The notes beneath the pieces are model-generated. The model worked only from the letters and a program-made list of their open reading frames with translations, was not told the origin of the DNA and did no database searches. Below, piece by piece: positions 61,078 through 64,000 of a stretch of 64,000 bases of DNA. Positions within the stretch are counted from its first letter, which is position 1. The number at the start of each line of letters is the position of its first letter. Source of the DNA: Macrostomum lignano (lineage: Eukaryota). The translations under genes and the position numbers were made by a program. Location: positions 372,001 through 436,000 of the forward strand of contig NIVC01000297.1 of the NCBI GenBank assembly GCA_002269645.1. Direction: 5' to 3'.

Positions 61078-62000
61078 TAGTCTTCTCTCTTCACAATGCT
61101 TTGTGTTTTAGATTAGACTGTCTTTAATAATAGTTAATGCTTGGCCTTGGCTTATCAAGAAAAGGGTTTTACATTGATTAAAAAGAATTTTGAAGATATA
61201 TCACAAAGCAGTTTGCTTGTTTTTCTAATCTAAAGTTTATTTAAAATGACTTATTAGCTTAAAATTATTTAAACACTCAACTTAGAGAATTCAAGTAGAT
61301 TTTATATCTTGCTATCAAATCATGACCCAATAGAAAATAATAGAAAATAGAAAATAACTGCAATCTCTATGCCAAAATTATATAGTAAAAAAACATAATC
61401 ACAAACAGCAAAATAATTGTGCAAAGTTCTATCATAGACACTTTCTTACATTATTTGAATTCTATAAATGTCAGATATATTATAACCTTGCCATAATATG
61501 CATCATGGCACAACTTGTATAATTGTTGTCTAATGAAGTAAATATGACATATGTGCTAGATACTTATATGTCCTAATGCTAATATATGGCATAGCTATAC
61601 TTTTGAATTTTGACTAGAATGCTTATATTTGGTTAAGAAAGCCTAATTTATTTAAAAATAGAGGCCTTACTAGATTTTGTACTAAAAAAATTGATAAATT
61701 GTCTTTCTAATTATATGTTTTTATTTTTCATACTAAAAGTTTAATATATACATTAAAGAATTCTTACATTTTTTAGAAATAACATTACTATTAAATTTGC
61801 AAAAAAATTATGTCTGTTTAAAATAACAAAATAATTTGAATGTTTAATTTTTCTTCTAAATATACCTAAAAATTTAATACAATTAGGAGCCAAGATTAGG
61901 GAGAGGAGCTCAACTTGTTTTAATATTATTCTCAAACTTGCAAATATTAGAATTGGTTATTTACAAAAGGAGTAAAATGTAACTTGGCAGCGTAGGTCAT

Positions 62001-62158
62001 ACATGTGCAACCTTGGGAATCACCTGGCCATTTCTATTGGCAACACATACATGTAAGTCACTATTGGCTGAGAGCAGTCACATGACTACTATTCTGTCTA
62101 CTAGCGACTTATATGTGTGTGTTGCCAATAGAAATAGCCAAGTGAATCCCAAGGTTAT
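62001..62158. repeat. Palindromic element of about 155 bp, copy 1
   Basis: ccttgggaatcac..atttctattggcaacaca ... tgtgttgccaatagaaat..gtgaatcccaagg inverted arms. Confidence 0.7.
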
Positions 62159-62486
62159 GCCCAAGCATGGCATAGGTGGGGGGGGCAAAGGGGGCTATCT
62201 CCAAATGACCACCCTTCTACCCCCTTGAGAGTGACTACCCTCCTATCCCTCTGTGGGGTGACCTACTATTTTTTACACTGAGCATGTTATATGCATCTTT
62301 GTGAGATTTTAGCAGAATATGCTGTTCTAATTCTAAAAATTAATTGGGAGAGAAGGGTGACCACTCAATCACTGCCCTCTCCCAATTGGAGATACTGCAC
62401 CACCATTGCTTTAATTGTGCCACCTTTTGTGCATCTCCCTATATGATTGTGTGCTTATATATTCAAGACAAACATGCTTGGGCAAA

Positions 62487-62637
62487 ACCTAGGGATTCAC
62501 CCAGCCATTTTTATTGGCAACAGACACATGTAAGTCACTATTGGATAGAATAGTAGTCACGTGACTGCTCTTAGCCAATAGCAACTTACATGTGTGTTGC
62601 CAATAGAAATGGCCAAGTGATTCCCAAGGTTGTGCAT
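62487..62637. repeat. Palindromic element of about 150 bp, copy 2
   Basis: Same arms as copy 1; central part inverted relative to copy 1. Confidence 0.7.
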
Positions 62638-64000
62638 ATATGGATATAAACTAAATAAACTTGTCATTAAAGTAAAAATATTACAAAAATAAATATATCA
62701 AAGTAAGTATACATAAAACTATAAATGAATGAACTAATATTTTGCCTCTTTTCCCAAAAAACCTATTTTTAAATGCTGGTTGGTTCAGTTTAAAAAGGAC
62801 TTAATGTCTTATATTGTTTCTATAAAAAGATTTTATTATTTGTAATTTATTATAAAATATAGAATGCTCTATTCTAAATTAGGCAAAACTAGTTTAAAAA
62901 TTATTTATTTAAATGGTGAAATGGTGAAATGGTATAGGTCTTGGTCCTACACCCCCACTTTAACCCAGCCTCAGTCAGTTCTAGGCCCCTACTAAGTAGA
63001 TGTTTAGACCATATTAGAAAATATTTAATAAAGGGAAATATATTGCTAAAATTTTTCATATAAATATAATTACAAATTACATAGTTATCCAGTAAGCTTA
63101 TGTCTTATGTTTTACTAGCTGCTCTGCTCGCAACTCTTACTTAAAATAGTCGGCAATTTGGGAATCCATGGATAGGCTTATAACTTTATTACCTATGGTC
63201 TAATCTAACCTAGGCATGTATGCAAATATATTCTTCATGATCTTTTGATTTTGAAAGTTAGATGCCTGCATAGTCTGATAATTTAGGCCTACATTATATC
63301 GTAGGCCTACAACAATTTGCCAGACCTGACCTGGTCCTGGTGACCTGATCTGATCTGCTTTAGCTGAATAGTTAACTAGTTGCATATGTCGATCAAGCTA
63401 GAGAATGAAATGCAAAAAACTTAGTGGTAAAATAATATTTAGAAGTCTATTTTGTTTTGTATTACTGTAATGTATTTATAACATAGTTTAATTTATTTTG
63501 CATCTTTATTCTATTACAATTTGTTTAAATCCTTAGGCCCAGCTGTTATTCTAAAGTCGGGTCCTTTGATCAATCGATCCTTAGTAATTCTTCTCTCCTG
63601 CAGGTCACGCTGATCATCATCCTCTAATAAGATTAAATTAAATGGCTTTATCTAGGATGTATCATACGGAATTAAGTAAATATACCTTACGATAAGGACC
63701 ACTGCGGTACAGCAGAACGTAAAACTCAAAGATATCGTAATTTTTTGGCCTATTTCCTGGAAAAAGATAGGAAAGAGCATTGCCCAAAATTTCTCCTCAT
63801 GGCAATGACCCATGGCAATGGCCGGCCATTGCCTAGAATTCCAATTCCAATGCAACCAATTAATTCAAGCCAGTTTTTATCCAGCATCTTGCAAAGCATA
63901 TTTTGCATCAGTCAATTCAAAACGTTTATTTTAAGATGTAAATAATTAAACTGGCACAAGAATTGCAAAATCGACAGCACAAAAAGCACAGCTGGTGTCA

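Overview
Eukaryotic (invertebrate animal) genomic DNA, rich in mini- and microsatellites, with GT-AG spliced genes. A free-living flatworm such as Macrostomum is my inference from the repeat style and the NPF gene; it was not tested. Left to right: (1) a minus-strand MFSD4-like MFS transporter running off the left edge, with one probable GC-AG intron; (2) a 24-kb tandem cluster (16.6-40.6 kb, all minus strand) of nine paralogous genes (R1-R9), each apparently with a single coding exon, for small type-I membrane proteins with one TNF-receptor-like six-cysteine domain. Ectodomains, stalks and TM/tails are mixed combinatorially between copies, and several copies carry lesions or a Mutator-like insertion; (3) a PARG gene with an antisense NPF/NPY neuropeptide gene nested in intron 2 and an inverted pair of CORE-type SINEs around its catalytic exons; (4) a three-exon stand-alone cysteine synthase of microbial type (HGT candidate); (5) two orphan ORFs and small palindromic elements. 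Most long ORFs in the supplied track are translations of simple repeats. All family assignments are from motif recognition by eye; no searches were run.
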